From NCBI GenBank assembly GCA_965204375.1, contig OZ241986.1, forward strand, positions 6,240,001 through 6,304,000: a stretch of DNA of 64,000 nucleotides, written 5' to 3'. Under the pieces are notes generated by a model that saw only the letters and a program-made list of their open reading frames with translations, ran no database searches and was not told the DNA's origin. The translations under genes were made by a program, and so were the position numbers. Source of the stretch: Candidatus Latescibacterota bacterium (GTDB lineage: Bacteria > Latescibacterota > UBA2968). Positions 1 through 8,979 of this stretch are shown piece after piece; the first letter of the stretch is position 1, and each line of letters opens with the position of its first letter.

Positions 1-48
1 CTACCCCCTGTGTTCATCCGTGTTAATCGGGGGTTGCATTTTGGGGTA

Positions 49-129
49 GGGCGGGGTTCGTCTATTCGTTGATGAACTGGCCTGAGAGGCGGCCAGTTGT
101 ACACCGTTCCGTTGATTCGTTGATTCGCT
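49..129. repeat. Small intergenic repeat element (GTTGATTC/GTCTATTC octamers plus AACTG..CAGTT hairpin)
   Basis: TTCGTTGATGAACTG-loop-CAGTTGTAC.CCGTTCCGTTGATTCG recurs at 55386-55431; GGCGGGGTTCGTCTATTCG recurs inverted near 55333-55352. Confidence 0.75.
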
Positions 130-143
130 TTTCGGAGGATGGC

Positions 144-1148
144 ATGAAACGGGAAACGCATATTTTGCTTTGTCTGATCGGGTTTGCCGGTCTGGGTGTG
201 CTTTTGTATCAGCTCAGCACTCCAGAGGTGTGGCAGCATGTTTTGATGATGGGCTGGGGCTATGTACCGGTGATCGGCCTGTCGCTGGTGGTATTTGTTC
301 ATCATGCGTGGATATGGCGGGCGTGCTTTGATCGCGGGTCGGAAAGGCCGCGTTTGAGACAGTTGCTGTGGGTGCAGTTGGCTGGCGAGGCAGTGGGCAA
401 TGTGGCGCCAGCATCGCAGGTTGGTAAGGAGGTCGGCAAGGCGATTGTGCTGAGAGACAAGATGTGCGTTTCCCGCGGGGTGTCATCGCTGGTGGTCAAT
501 AAGACGGGTGAGATGATTGGTGGGGTGATTTTTGTGATCGGTGGCGTTGTGCTGGGTTTGCAGCGGTTTTCGTGGCCGGCTGAGGTGCGAGGCGCTCTGA
601 TCGCTGTTCTGGCGTTGTCTGTTCTGGGGGTTGTTTGGACTGTTTTCAGGCAACGCCGGAGTCCCTTTGCCCGGTTTTTGAATTTGATGCTGTGGTTGCG
701 GCTCAGGTTTTTGGAGCGGTTCCGCGATCGCGCAGTGGAGATTGACGAGAATTTGGCTCAGTTTTATCGGCTGAATAGGTGGCGTTTGGTGGGTTTGCTG
801 ATGCTCCATGTGTTGGGCTGGTTTCTGGGTACGCTGGAGATCTATGTGATTCTTCATGTGCTCGGCGAACCGATGCCGTTTGTTTGGGTATATCTGTTCC
901 ACGCGCTGATGGTCGTGATTAATGCGGCGTTCTTTTTTGTTCCGCTCGGGATGGGCGTTTTTGAAGGCGGGCATGTGTTTCTGTTTCATTTGATGGGTTT
1001 GGATCCAAAGATGGGGTTGGCTGTGGGTATTATTCGGCGGGTTCGGAGGCTTTTCTGGATGCAGGTGGGTCTAACTTTGCTGCTGATCGGATCGCGAGGC
1101 AAGCAGGCTGATGCGGTCCAGAAAAATGATCGCCTTCAGCAGGTGTAG
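144..1148 (+). CDS. Lysylphosphatidylglycerol synthase TM / flippase-like (UPF0104) membrane protein
   Basis: About 8 TM segments with GEAVGNVAPASQVGKE and FFVPLGMGVFEGG motifs; ATG at 144 follows GGAGG. Confidence 0.75.
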   Translation: MKRETHILLCLIGFAGLGVLLYQLSTPEVWQHVLMMGWGYVPVIGLSLVVFVHHAWIWRACFDRGSERPRLRQLLWVQLAGEAVGNVAPASQVGKEVGKAIVLRDKMCVSRGVSSLVVNKTGEMIGGVIFVIGGVVLGLQRFSWPAEVRGALIAVLALSVLGVVWTVFRQRRSPFARFLNLMLWLRLRFLERFRDRAVEIDENLAQFYRLNRWRLVGLLMLHVLGWFLGTLEIYVILHVLGEPMPFVWVYLFHALMVVINAAFFFVPLGMGVFEGGHVFLFHLMGLDPKMGLAVGIIRRVRRLFWMQVGLTLLLIGSRGKQADAVQKNDRLQQV

Positions 1149-1208
1149 ATGTAGTGCATCATGCATGACAGACGTTCGTCAACGAATAATTAAAAAAAGG
1201 AGAAAATA

Positions 1209-1733
1209 ATGACACGCTCGATTTCTTGCCTGATCTGTATCCTTTTGAGTGTAACCTTCAGTTTTCCGGTTCAGGCAAAAAAGACTGACCTCACCAAGAG
1301 TTATGGTATTGGACTTCAGGGGGCTACACCCACATTTGGTGGCATTAGTTTTCGCTATAACAGACTGGCACCGGTATATCTTCAAACCGTTGGACGTTTC
1401 ATTCTCAATGGTCAGGATAGCGACCATATGTTAGGCGCTGGCGTTTCGTATGCCATATTCGAGCATCAAAGCCGGTGGAATATATCCCGACTTCATTTCA
1501 CTCTCGAAGGTGGCTGGCAACAGAAAGAGGAGGGTCTCCGCGAGGAGACTGTCAAAACCACGACGCTGGCAACTGGACTTGCCTTTGGAGGCGAGCTTGT
1601 GTTTTCACTTGGGGGGATTCCTCTCGGTTTGAACGTGGAGATCGGTCAAGGGTTTGGTAGGGAAAAAATAAGCTCTCAATCTAAGGGTCTCGCTGGCGTT
1701 TATGCAGGAGGAGGCATCCATGCCTATTTTTAG
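1209..1733 (+). CDS. Small exported outer-membrane beta-barrel-like protein
   Basis: Signal peptide (PVQA/KK), amphipathic strands, C-terminus GGIHAYF; AAGGAG RBS. Confidence 0.6.
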   Translation: MTRSISCLICILLSVTFSFPVQAKKTDLTKSYGIGLQGATPTFGGISFRYNRLAPVYLQTVGRFILNGQDSDHMLGAGVSYAIFEHQSRWNISRLHFTLEGGWQQKEEGLREETVKTTTLATGLAFGGELVFSLGGIPLGLNVEIGQGFGREKISSQSKGLAGVYAGGGIHAYF

Positions 1734-2550
1734 GTCTCTTTCTATTGTTATGGTTGCGGCAATCCTGCTCAATGCGATGGCCCCTACGCTCGCACATGCG
1801 GCCAAATACTTGCAAGATTCAGAGGTCAATTCCAATACGCTGGTTCGGGATGCTTATGTGCAAGTCACTTATTACGATAGCAATGGAGAACAGAAATTGG
1901 CAAAGGGATGGATTGATGCGATTGACGAGACCACATTTGAGATTCGAAGCAGAGCAATTTTCGGCAAGACGACCATTGCCTATGACAAAGTCGTGTCAAT
2001 GATCATGAGCGCAGAAACGGATAATCGAACGCAACAAATGAGGGAAGTGGAACAGTTTATTCGAGAAGAACAAAAAAGAAAGATAGAGCAGGCAATATCA
2101 GAGCGGACAGAGAACAGACCCAGACGGATTCTCGGCAAGTTGGGCGTTGGCCTTCTTGGAGGTCTTCTTGGAGGGAGTGTGGGGGGCGCAATAGGGGCGA
2201 ATATCAATGAAAATATCTGCGAAGATTCAAGTGATATTTGTATAGATGATGAAGTCGCACTGGGCCTGGCGGGTGGCTATTTGATCGGCGTGGCCTTGAG
2301 TGTGAGTTGGGCAGATTCTAACGATCGGTTTATCGGTGCATTGGGAGGCACCCTGATAGGGGTCGCAACGGGGATTGCACTGACTAACACCACAGAGGAT
2401 CTCTGGCCGTCTATTCTTATCTGCCCGATTATCGGGGCTACGATTATGTCCGAGCTTACGCGGAAGCCTCCTGAATCCCACCGTTTCTCTGTGGGTTTGG
2501 CACCTAATTCCGATGGGAAATTATCAGCGATTGCAACGCTTCGATTTTAA
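1720..2550 (+). CDS. Array paralog 1: signal peptide, one beta module, Gly-zipper hydrophobic region, C-terminal strand
   Basis: N-terminus MAPTLAHAAKYLQDSEVNSNTL..AYVQVTYYDS shared with paralogs; ends SAIATLRF; GGAGGAGG precedes ATG 1720. Confidence 0.8.
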   Translation: MPIFRSLSIVMVAAILLNAMAPTLAHAAKYLQDSEVNSNTLVRDAYVQVTYYDSNGEQKLAKGWIDAIDETTFEIRSRAIFGKTTIAYDKVVSMIMSAETDNRTQQMREVEQFIREEQKRKIEQAISERTENRPRRILGKLGVGLLGGLLGGSVGGAIGANINENICEDSSDICIDDEVALGLAGGYLIGVALSVSWADSNDRFIGALGGTLIGVATGIALTNTTEDLWPSILICPIIGATIMSELTRKPPESHRFSVGLAPNSDGKLSAIATLRF

Positions 2551-2587
2551 GTACCTGCCAGTGCATTCGTCTCAAAAGGAGAAACAC

Positions 2588-3679
2588 ATGAAAAAATTAA
2601 CTGCTGTCTTTGTAATCGCAGTCATCCTGCTCACCGCGATGGCTCCTACCCTCGCGTATGCAGCCACATACCTGCAAGGCGCACAGGTCAATGCCAATAC
2701 GCTGACGCAAAATGCCTATGTTGCAGTCACATATTACGATAGCAAAGGCAAACAGAAATTGGAGAAGGGGTGGATTGATGCTATTGGTGAGACCACATTT
2801 CGGATTCGAAGCGGAGCACTTTTTGGGAAGAAGGCCATCGCTTACGACAAAGTAGTGTCGGTGATCATGAGCGAGGAAGTAACCTCACGAGAAAAGCAAA
2901 TCAATGAGGTGGACCGGTTTATACGAGAGATGGAAAAACAAGAGGCGAGAGTGTTAGAGATAGAGCAGGCCATCCAGAAATTCAATCAGACCATCACGGT
3001 CATGGACCGCGGGCAACTCGACTTGTCAAAAATCCCAAAAGGATGGTATATCCACATCGTCTATACATCAAAAGGTGTAAAAGGAACTGCAACCGTACGT
3101 AGTGTAGAGATAGATTCAAGTCATATCTCGATCAAAGAAGGATTGCTGAAGACCAGAAAAATAGCATACAACGATATTGATACGCTCCTTATTGCCAAAA
3201 GTTGGCGCGACATAGAACGCTATAAAAAGATCGGTGCAACATACGATGTCAAGGTGCGTGTGCAGGCTCCTCCAATCTCAAAAAAGCGGATGGATGGCAG
3301 GCTCATTAAAATGACACAAGACACACTCGTTATCCAGCGAGGCCGTAGATTTTATCAGGTGCCCCTTTCTTCAATCTCGAATTTGGAAGTACCCATCAAA
3401 GGTTCGAGAAATACAGGCAAAGGAATGTTAATAGGACTGGGGCTGGGACTTGCTATTTTTTTGCCTTTCTACATACCAGCCGAATCCGGCTCTTGGGATG
3501 AGTTCGGAGCGTTATTGATTGGAATGGGCATATCTATCCCTGTTTGTGCTCTCTCCACGCTGATTGGCGCGATGACCAAATCCGACAAATGGGTTGAGGT
3601 GCCGCCGCATCGCCTCAACCTGAGCCTTGCGCCCACAGCCACAAAAGGGCTTCGCGCTGCGCTCACGTTTAATTTTTGA
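2588..3679 (+). CDS. Array paralog 2: exported modular protein with three beta modules, hydrophobic hairpin and LTFNF tail
   Basis: AAGGAG RBS then ATG 2588; conserved N block and KSDKWVEVPP..GLRAALTFNF C block. Confidence 0.85.
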   Translation: MKKLTAVFVIAVILLTAMAPTLAYAATYLQGAQVNANTLTQNAYVAVTYYDSKGKQKLEKGWIDAIGETTFRIRSGALFGKKAIAYDKVVSVIMSEEVTSREKQINEVDRFIREMEKQEARVLEIEQAIQKFNQTITVMDRGQLDLSKIPKGWYIHIVYTSKGVKGTATVRSVEIDSSHISIKEGLLKTRKIAYNDIDTLLIAKSWRDIERYKKIGATYDVKVRVQAPPISKKRMDGRLIKMTQDTLVIQRGRRFYQVPLSSISNLEVPIKGSRNTGKGMLIGLGLGLAIFLPFYIPAESGSWDEFGALLIGMGISIPVCALSTLIGAMTKSDKWVEVPPHRLNLSLAPTATKGLRAALTFNF

Positions 3680-3710
3680 TATGCAATAGCACCTTTAAGA
3701 GGATAATCCC

Positions 3711-3857
3711 ATGCACCCAGAGCACAATATCCGTCAAGCCGTTGCGATCTTTGTCACCGCGACCTTTCTACTCAACACAATGGCTCCGACGCTTGCACAC
3801 GTAGCTATAGACCTGCAAGGCGCACAGGTCAATGCCAATACGCGCTATCTGCGATAA
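3711..3857 (+). pseudogene. Truncated array paralog (48-aa N-terminal stump)
   Basis: Translates MHPEHNIRQAVAIFVTATFLLNTMAPTLAHVAIDLQGAQVNANTRYLR*, nearly colinear with the N-terminus of 13081..14163. Confidence 0.85.
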
Positions 3858-3952
3858 AACAAAAAATCCTCTCAATATTATATTCTCTCTTATAGCAAAA
3901 TTGCGGCCTGATTCTGTTCAAATTATTGAATATAAATTACATAAAAAAATAT

Positions 3953-4182
3953 TTGAAAACCCGCGGGAATGATATATTTTATTTTTGTCAACAGTCAAGC
4001 AGGTCCCGTTATGTCGGGTATCTGCTGAATACAATAGCCGAGTATAGACATGGACTGATCCCCCATGTCTCGGTAAATAGGTAGGACATTCCCGCATTTC
4101 TATTCCTGCGTGACTGTTGACAATGCCCGACACCCCTTTTTTGGGGTGTCGCAACACGCAGTTGTCAACCAGTCACACTGCG
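3953..4182 (+). promoter_or_regulatory. Structured leader with mutually exclusive pairings (C4-antisense/attenuator-like), after a promoter-like TTGAAA..TATATT/TATTTT
   Basis: 3985-4003 is complementary to 4105-4123 (18/19); 4110-4123 is also complementary to 4162-4176; hairpins at 4046-4070 and 4128-4151. Confidence 0.5.
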
Positions 4183-4247
4183 CCTTGCGTAGATGAGGAA
4201 CGAAATGCGATTTTTTTTGTACGGCAGCAAATGAAAAGGAGAAATCC

Positions 4248-5777
4248 ATGCAGGTCGAATACAACGCGAGTAGAGCCATCGCCATCCTGGTCACTACAGC
4301 CCTCTTGTTCAATGCGATGATGCCAACACTCGCACACGCAGCCACATATCTACAAGGCGCAGAGGTCAATGCCAATACGCTCATTCGAGATGCTTATGTG
4401 CAAGTCACCTATTACGATAGCAATGCAGAACAGAAATTGGCGAAGGGATGGATTGATACTATTGGTAAAACTTCGTTCACAATCCGAGAAGGAGGATTCA
4501 GAGACAAGAAGACCATTGCCTACGACAAAGTGCTGTCAGTGATCATGAGCGACGAATCAACTGTGCCAGCGAAGCAGATGAATGAGGTGAATCGGTTTAT
4601 TCGAGAGATGAGAAAAAGAGAGATAGAGCAAAATAAAAAAGAGAAAGAAGCAAAAGAAGCGCAGACTGTCATCATGTCACAGGGGCAGATTGATCTTTCA
4701 AAGATTATGAAGGGATGGTATGCCCATGTGGTCTATACATCAGAAGGTGTGCAAGAAACTACAACCGGAAAAATTATCAGGCAAGATTCTGTGCATATTG
4801 TGATCAGAGTGCAAGAGGAGCGCGCATTGAGAATTTTGAAAACAATAGCATATAAGGACATCGATACCCTCGTTATCGCCCAACACGCGCAGAGTATTGA
4901 AGCATGGAAAAATGCAAAACAGATCCAAAGATACCTTGAAAATGGATACAATATCCAAGTGCTTGTCCAGGCCTCTTCAATCTGGGAGAATCGGGTGGTT
5001 GGCAGACTCGTCAAAATGACACCGGACACACTCGTTATCTCAGGAGGAGGCACATTTTTTCAAGTACCTGTGTCTTCGATCTCCAATTTTGAAGTGAACA
5101 TTGGACAGCATAGAAACACGGGAAAAGGCACAGATTATATCTTAATTAGAGTTGAGGATAAAGCATTGAAATCTTGGAAAACAATAGCATACCGTGACGT
5201 GGATACCCTCGTTATTACCCAACACACACGAGATATTGAAGGATGGGGAAATGTACGACAGACCCAAGGACACAGGGAACAATCTACGCAACAACTCTCT
5301 GAAGGAGAACCCAGAGTGCGTGTTTATGCGCCTTCAATTCGGAAGGGATGGATGGTCGGCAAGTTGGTTAAAAAGACGCAAGATACACTCGTTGTCCGTG
5401 GAGAACTTACACTTTATGGACGTAGATTTTATCAGGTGCCTCTTTCTTCAATCTCCTATCTCGAGGTCAGTGCTGGAAAGTATAGAAATACATTCAATGG
5501 CATGAAAATCGGACTGTACATTAGTCTCGGAGTTGCTGCAATATTGGCTGTGTCTGCTGTAACTTCGGAATCCGAAGCAGCCCTTATACTCTCAGATGTG
5601 GAGACTACGAGTCTTTTTCTATTTTTCGTGTCGCTACCTATTACTACCGTTGCGACTATAATTGGTACGCTGATCAAATCTGACAAATGGGTCGGGGTAT
5701 CTCCTGATCGCCTCAACCTGAGCGTTGCACCCACATCCACAAAAGGGCTTCGCGCCGCGCTCACGTTTAATTTTTAA
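4248..5777 (+). CDS. Array paralog 3 (509 aa, internally duplicated or chimeric)
   Basis: Same N and C blocks as other paralogs; the KTIAY..DTLVI..QVP.SSIS segment occurs twice. Confidence 0.85.
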   Translation: MQVEYNASRAIAILVTTALLFNAMMPTLAHAATYLQGAEVNANTLIRDAYVQVTYYDSNAEQKLAKGWIDTIGKTSFTIREGGFRDKKTIAYDKVLSVIMSDESTVPAKQMNEVNRFIREMRKREIEQNKKEKEAKEAQTVIMSQGQIDLSKIMKGWYAHVVYTSEGVQETTTGKIIRQDSVHIVIRVQEERALRILKTIAYKDIDTLVIAQHAQSIEAWKNAKQIQRYLENGYNIQVLVQASSIWENRVVGRLVKMTPDTLVISGGGTFFQVPVSSISNFEVNIGQHRNTGKGTDYILIRVEDKALKSWKTIAYRDVDTLVITQHTRDIEGWGNVRQTQGHREQSTQQLSEGEPRVRVYAPSIRKGWMVGKLVKKTQDTLVVRGELTLYGRRFYQVPLSSISYLEVSAGKYRNTFNGMKIGLYISLGVAAILAVSAVTSESEAALILSDVETTSLFLFFVSLPITTVATIIGTLIKSDKWVGVSPDRLNLSVAPTSTKGLRAALTFNF

Positions 5778-5821
5778 TGACCGCTCTTTTGACAAATACC
5801 AATTGTGCAAGGTGAACGATT

Positions 5822-6865
5822 ATGAAGCGATATACGCTAATTGGGCTATGCACATTGTGTATATGGCTCATGGCGGGTGAAGGGTTTGCCCAGCCGATCA
5901 GATCACTCGTTTTAGTTTTTCCCAACAATGGCCGCATAGCAGCCTTGGGGGAGGCTGGTGTGGGGTTGATCGGGAGCGGGCAGGCCATTTTTTACAATCC
6001 CGCAGGGCTGGCTTTTATGGAGGGTCGAGAAGCGTATTTTACGTATGTAAATTGGTTTAGTGGTATCAAGAACTATGTGGCTGGTGTTTCAGCAAATGTA
6101 CCGCGTATAGGGACATTTGGGTTTTCTGCTGTGAATTTCGATAACACGAATGATAATGAGAGCGAATATGCCATTTCTGGGGCTTATGCGTTCAATATTA
6201 CCCGCCGGATTGCAGCAGGAGCCACTGTCAAGCTGGCGCATCACGACTATTCCAGAGCAAGCATGCTATATCGCGAAAATGATATTTTTCATGAATTTCA
6301 AGATGGTCGTTTTCATGAATATCCAGACTCAACTCAGAAATATGTTCACAATTTTTTTCTTTTTGATGTGGGTGCGTATTCCGTGGGGTTCCAAAATTTG
6401 GTGCTGTCGCTGAGCGTGCATAATTTGAGCGCGAGGGGATTAGGCAAGCCAGAGGCATTGGAGCTATCGGAGATTATCCGCCTGGGATTGCTCATCGATT
6501 TGATGTCACTGATGGATATGAGGTCCTTGCCGCATGCGCTGGACCTGGTCATGGGTGTGAATACACGGACCAATTTCGATGGGCCTGTTGAACTGAACAT
6601 GGGCGTCGAATATACGTATTTGTACCGGGCTGCGGACCACTCTTTCGGCGTCTCGCTGCGGGCAGGACGAAGGTCCCAAAGATACTGGCGAGCGACAAAT
6701 CCCACCGTCTGGGGAGGTGGCTTGCAGTTTAAGACCAACGGAGGTTGGGCACTAAAGATGGATTACGCACGTAAGTCCTTCTATTATCGTAGCGAAGTTC
6801 CTGGAAGATTTATTTACACGGTTAATTCTAAAGTACATATTCTCAGCCTTGCTTTTAATTTTTAG
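5822..6865 (+). CDS. PorV/PorQ (FadL-like, UPF0164) outer-membrane beta-barrel
   Basis: Signal peptide; AALGEAGVGLIGSGQAIFYNPAGLA motif; ends LSLAFNF. Confidence 0.7.
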   Translation: MKRYTLIGLCTLCIWLMAGEGFAQPIRSLVLVFPNNGRIAALGEAGVGLIGSGQAIFYNPAGLAFMEGREAYFTYVNWFSGIKNYVAGVSANVPRIGTFGFSAVNFDNTNDNESEYAISGAYAFNITRRIAAGATVKLAHHDYSRASMLYRENDIFHEFQDGRFHEYPDSTQKYVHNFFLFDVGAYSVGFQNLVLSLSVHNLSARGLGKPEALELSEIIRLGLLIDLMSLMDMRSLPHALDLVMGVNTRTNFDGPVELNMGVEYTYLYRAADHSFGVSLRAGRRSQRYWRATNPTVWGGGLQFKTNGGWALKMDYARKSFYYRSEVPGRFIYTVNSKVHILSLAFNF

Positions 6866-6897
6866 AGTGATGTTCACTGATCCGAAAAGGGGAACTT

Positions 6898-7974
6898 ATG
6901 GTACGAATAGCAGCAATCGTTTGGATGTTAAGCTTCTGTATGCCAGAAACCGTACTGGCAGGAGCGGTCTTTGAGGCTGGTGAGATTGATAGCAGCACGG
7001 TTAAACCCGGTGCCTATGTCGAGATTATCTATGGGAGTGGGGAGCGAGATCCAGTGTCAGGAGCGTGGGAGAGACTGGATACTGCAAGGGGGTATATTCA
7101 AGCTATTGATGCAGAGCGGTTGGTCCTTGGTGAGCGGTTTTGGAAGAAGGAAATAGAGTTAGAATGCATCCAAAAGTTGACGATTCCAGACACTGATGGC
7201 GAAATGGGTGACATTAGTGGGATCGGCTCGCCTTTTGGATCACGGACATTGCAGGCGGAGATCGTTTTAGAAGCCGGTGAGATTGATAGCAGTGCGGTTG
7301 AAGTCGGTGATTTTGTCGAGGTTATCTATGGGAAGGGAGAGCGAGATCCAGTGTCAGGAGCGTGGGAGAGACTGGATACTGCGAAAGGATATGTCAAAGC
7401 TGTTGATGCGGAGTATATGATCATTGGCGAGCGATTTTTGGAGGATCAGATCGCATTGGAGCGCATTCAAAAGCTGATTATTTCAGACTTCGCTCGCGAG
7501 TTGGATAGGTCGGGGGATGAGATTGGCGGCACTGTTGCGACAGCGTATCGAAACGTTTGGCCCTTTTTGGGTATTGCGCCTGGTACGGTCATTTTGGTTG
7601 GGGAAAATTTTAGTATTAGTTTTGTTCACGTTTTTACCGGGTTTGAGCTTGGAACTGGGCAATTTAGCGCGAGTATAGAGGCAGGGTATGGCTCACCAAT
7701 TGAAGCATTGCAGTGGGGCGTTGGTGTTTTTTCGGTGAATGGAAATTTTCATCTTGTTAAAAAACATCGTCTGAATACTGGCGTTCCTTTTTTGTCAGTT
7801 GGCTATACGGCTTTGGTGAGGGAGGGAAGCACGAGTTTATTCAATGTCGGGGCGGGTATAACCTGGTGGTCTCATAAAGGCAGAAGTCTGCGTCTGGAAG
7901 TGCGAGATCATATTACCTGGTCAGGTGGAGAAGGCGCACATGCTCTGGAATTCAGGATCAGTGCTGTTCGGTAA
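6898..7974 (+). CDS. Exported protein: two tandem beta modules plus C-terminal OMP beta-barrel
   Basis: 99-aa tandem repeat with an identical 44-bp core (7042-7085 = 7339-7382); C-terminal amphipathic strands PFLSVGY..FNVGAGI..LRLEVRD. Confidence 0.7.
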   Translation: MVRIAAIVWMLSFCMPETVLAGAVFEAGEIDSSTVKPGAYVEIIYGSGERDPVSGAWERLDTARGYIQAIDAERLVLGERFWKKEIELECIQKLTIPDTDGEMGDISGIGSPFGSRTLQAEIVLEAGEIDSSAVEVGDFVEVIYGKGERDPVSGAWERLDTAKGYVKAVDAEYMIIGERFLEDQIALERIQKLIISDFARELDRSGDEIGGTVATAYRNVWPFLGIAPGTVILVGENFSISFVHVFTGFELGTGQFSASIEAGYGSPIEALQWGVGVFSVNGNFHLVKKHRLNTGVPFLSVGYTALVREGSTSLFNVGAGITWWSHKGRSLRLEVRDHITWSGGEGAHALEFRISAVR

Positions 7975-8002
7975 TCATCTGATATATGGAAAGGTAATGA
8001 CC

Positions 8003-8887
8003 ATGAGAAGATATGCGCTAATTGGGTTATGCATACTCATTGGGTTGATGGCGGATGAAGGGTTTGCCCAGGGGCTGAATGCCCGAAAAACAGCTTTGGC
8101 TGGTGCGGGCATAGGCTTGATTGGGAGCGGGCAGGCCATTCAGTACAATCCAGCAGGATTGGCCTTTATGGATGGTTGGGAGGCATATTTCATGTTTATG
8201 GATAGAAATACAAGTTATAGCGGGTATGATGGTGAAAGGGCATACAAAGCTGGTATTGCTGGAAACACAGGCATAGGGACTTTTGGACTTTCCGCCACTT
8301 CGGGTCGTATTAGGGCTGATGATGTGAACGAATATTCCATTTCAGGTGGCTATGGGTACAAGATTAACAACCGGCTTGCTGTGGGGGCCACCCTCCGTCT
8401 CTTCCATTCTGAATGGCTCGAGACCAACGACTTAGACCTTGATCTGGGTGCATATTTCGTGACCGGGCTGCGGAATACAGTTGTTGCAGCAGGTGTGGAG
8501 AATTTGAAGACTGGGATAGGTAATTCAAATCGTGTTAGGCTCCGTGCTGGGTTGTTCCTTGACATGATGTCGCTACTGGATTTGGAGTCTTTGTTACACT
8601 ATTTGGACCTTTCTGTAGATGTGAACGATTATATCAATGTTGACGGAGATCCTTGGGCGAATCTGGGCATTGAATATCAGCACAGATACTTGCTATCAGG
8701 CTATGCGTTAGAAATCGCATTGTGTGGAGGAATGCAATCGATATATGGCCGTGGCTCGGCTAAGACAACCTGGGGCGGTGGACTGAAGTTTGAGACAGAA
8801 GGTGGCCGTGGCATCAAGGTAGATTACGCGTCTTTTGGTTCCGAAATTTACCCTGGCCACATTGTCAGCATGGCATTCATATTTTAG
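8003..8887 (+). CDS. Second PorV/PorQ-like beta-barrel (paralog of 5822..6865)
   Basis: MRRYALIGLC..EGFAQ signal nearly identical to 5822; ALAGAGIGLIGSGQAIQYNPAGLA; ends MAFIF. Confidence 0.7.
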   Translation: MRRYALIGLCILIGLMADEGFAQGLNARKTALAGAGIGLIGSGQAIQYNPAGLAFMDGWEAYFMFMDRNTSYSGYDGERAYKAGIAGNTGIGTFGLSATSGRIRADDVNEYSISGGYGYKINNRLAVGATLRLFHSEWLETNDLDLDLGAYFVTGLRNTVVAAGVENLKTGIGNSNRVRLRAGLFLDMMSLLDLESLLHYLDLSVDVNDYINVDGDPWANLGIEYQHRYLLSGYALEIALCGGMQSIYGRGSAKTTWGGGLKFETEGGRGIKVDYASFGSEIYPGHIVSMAFIF

Positions 8888-8979
8888 GTCAAAATTCCAA
8901 GCTCAGCCGCCCTTGGAAAGGTCCTTTGACAAGCTCGGGCAATGGTTCGGTTATATACCTGCACACCAAGGAGAGATCG

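Noticed and set aside
3918-4384. Short ORFs 3918..4157(-), 4117..4320(+) and 4100..4384(-)
   Set aside because: No RBS or protein-like composition; the region is better explained as a structured non-coding leader plus antisense of paralog 3
8888-8945. CCTTTGACAAGCTCGGGC, a possible degenerate palindromic repeat between array genes
   Set aside because: Single degenerate copy with no partner arm; insufficient support
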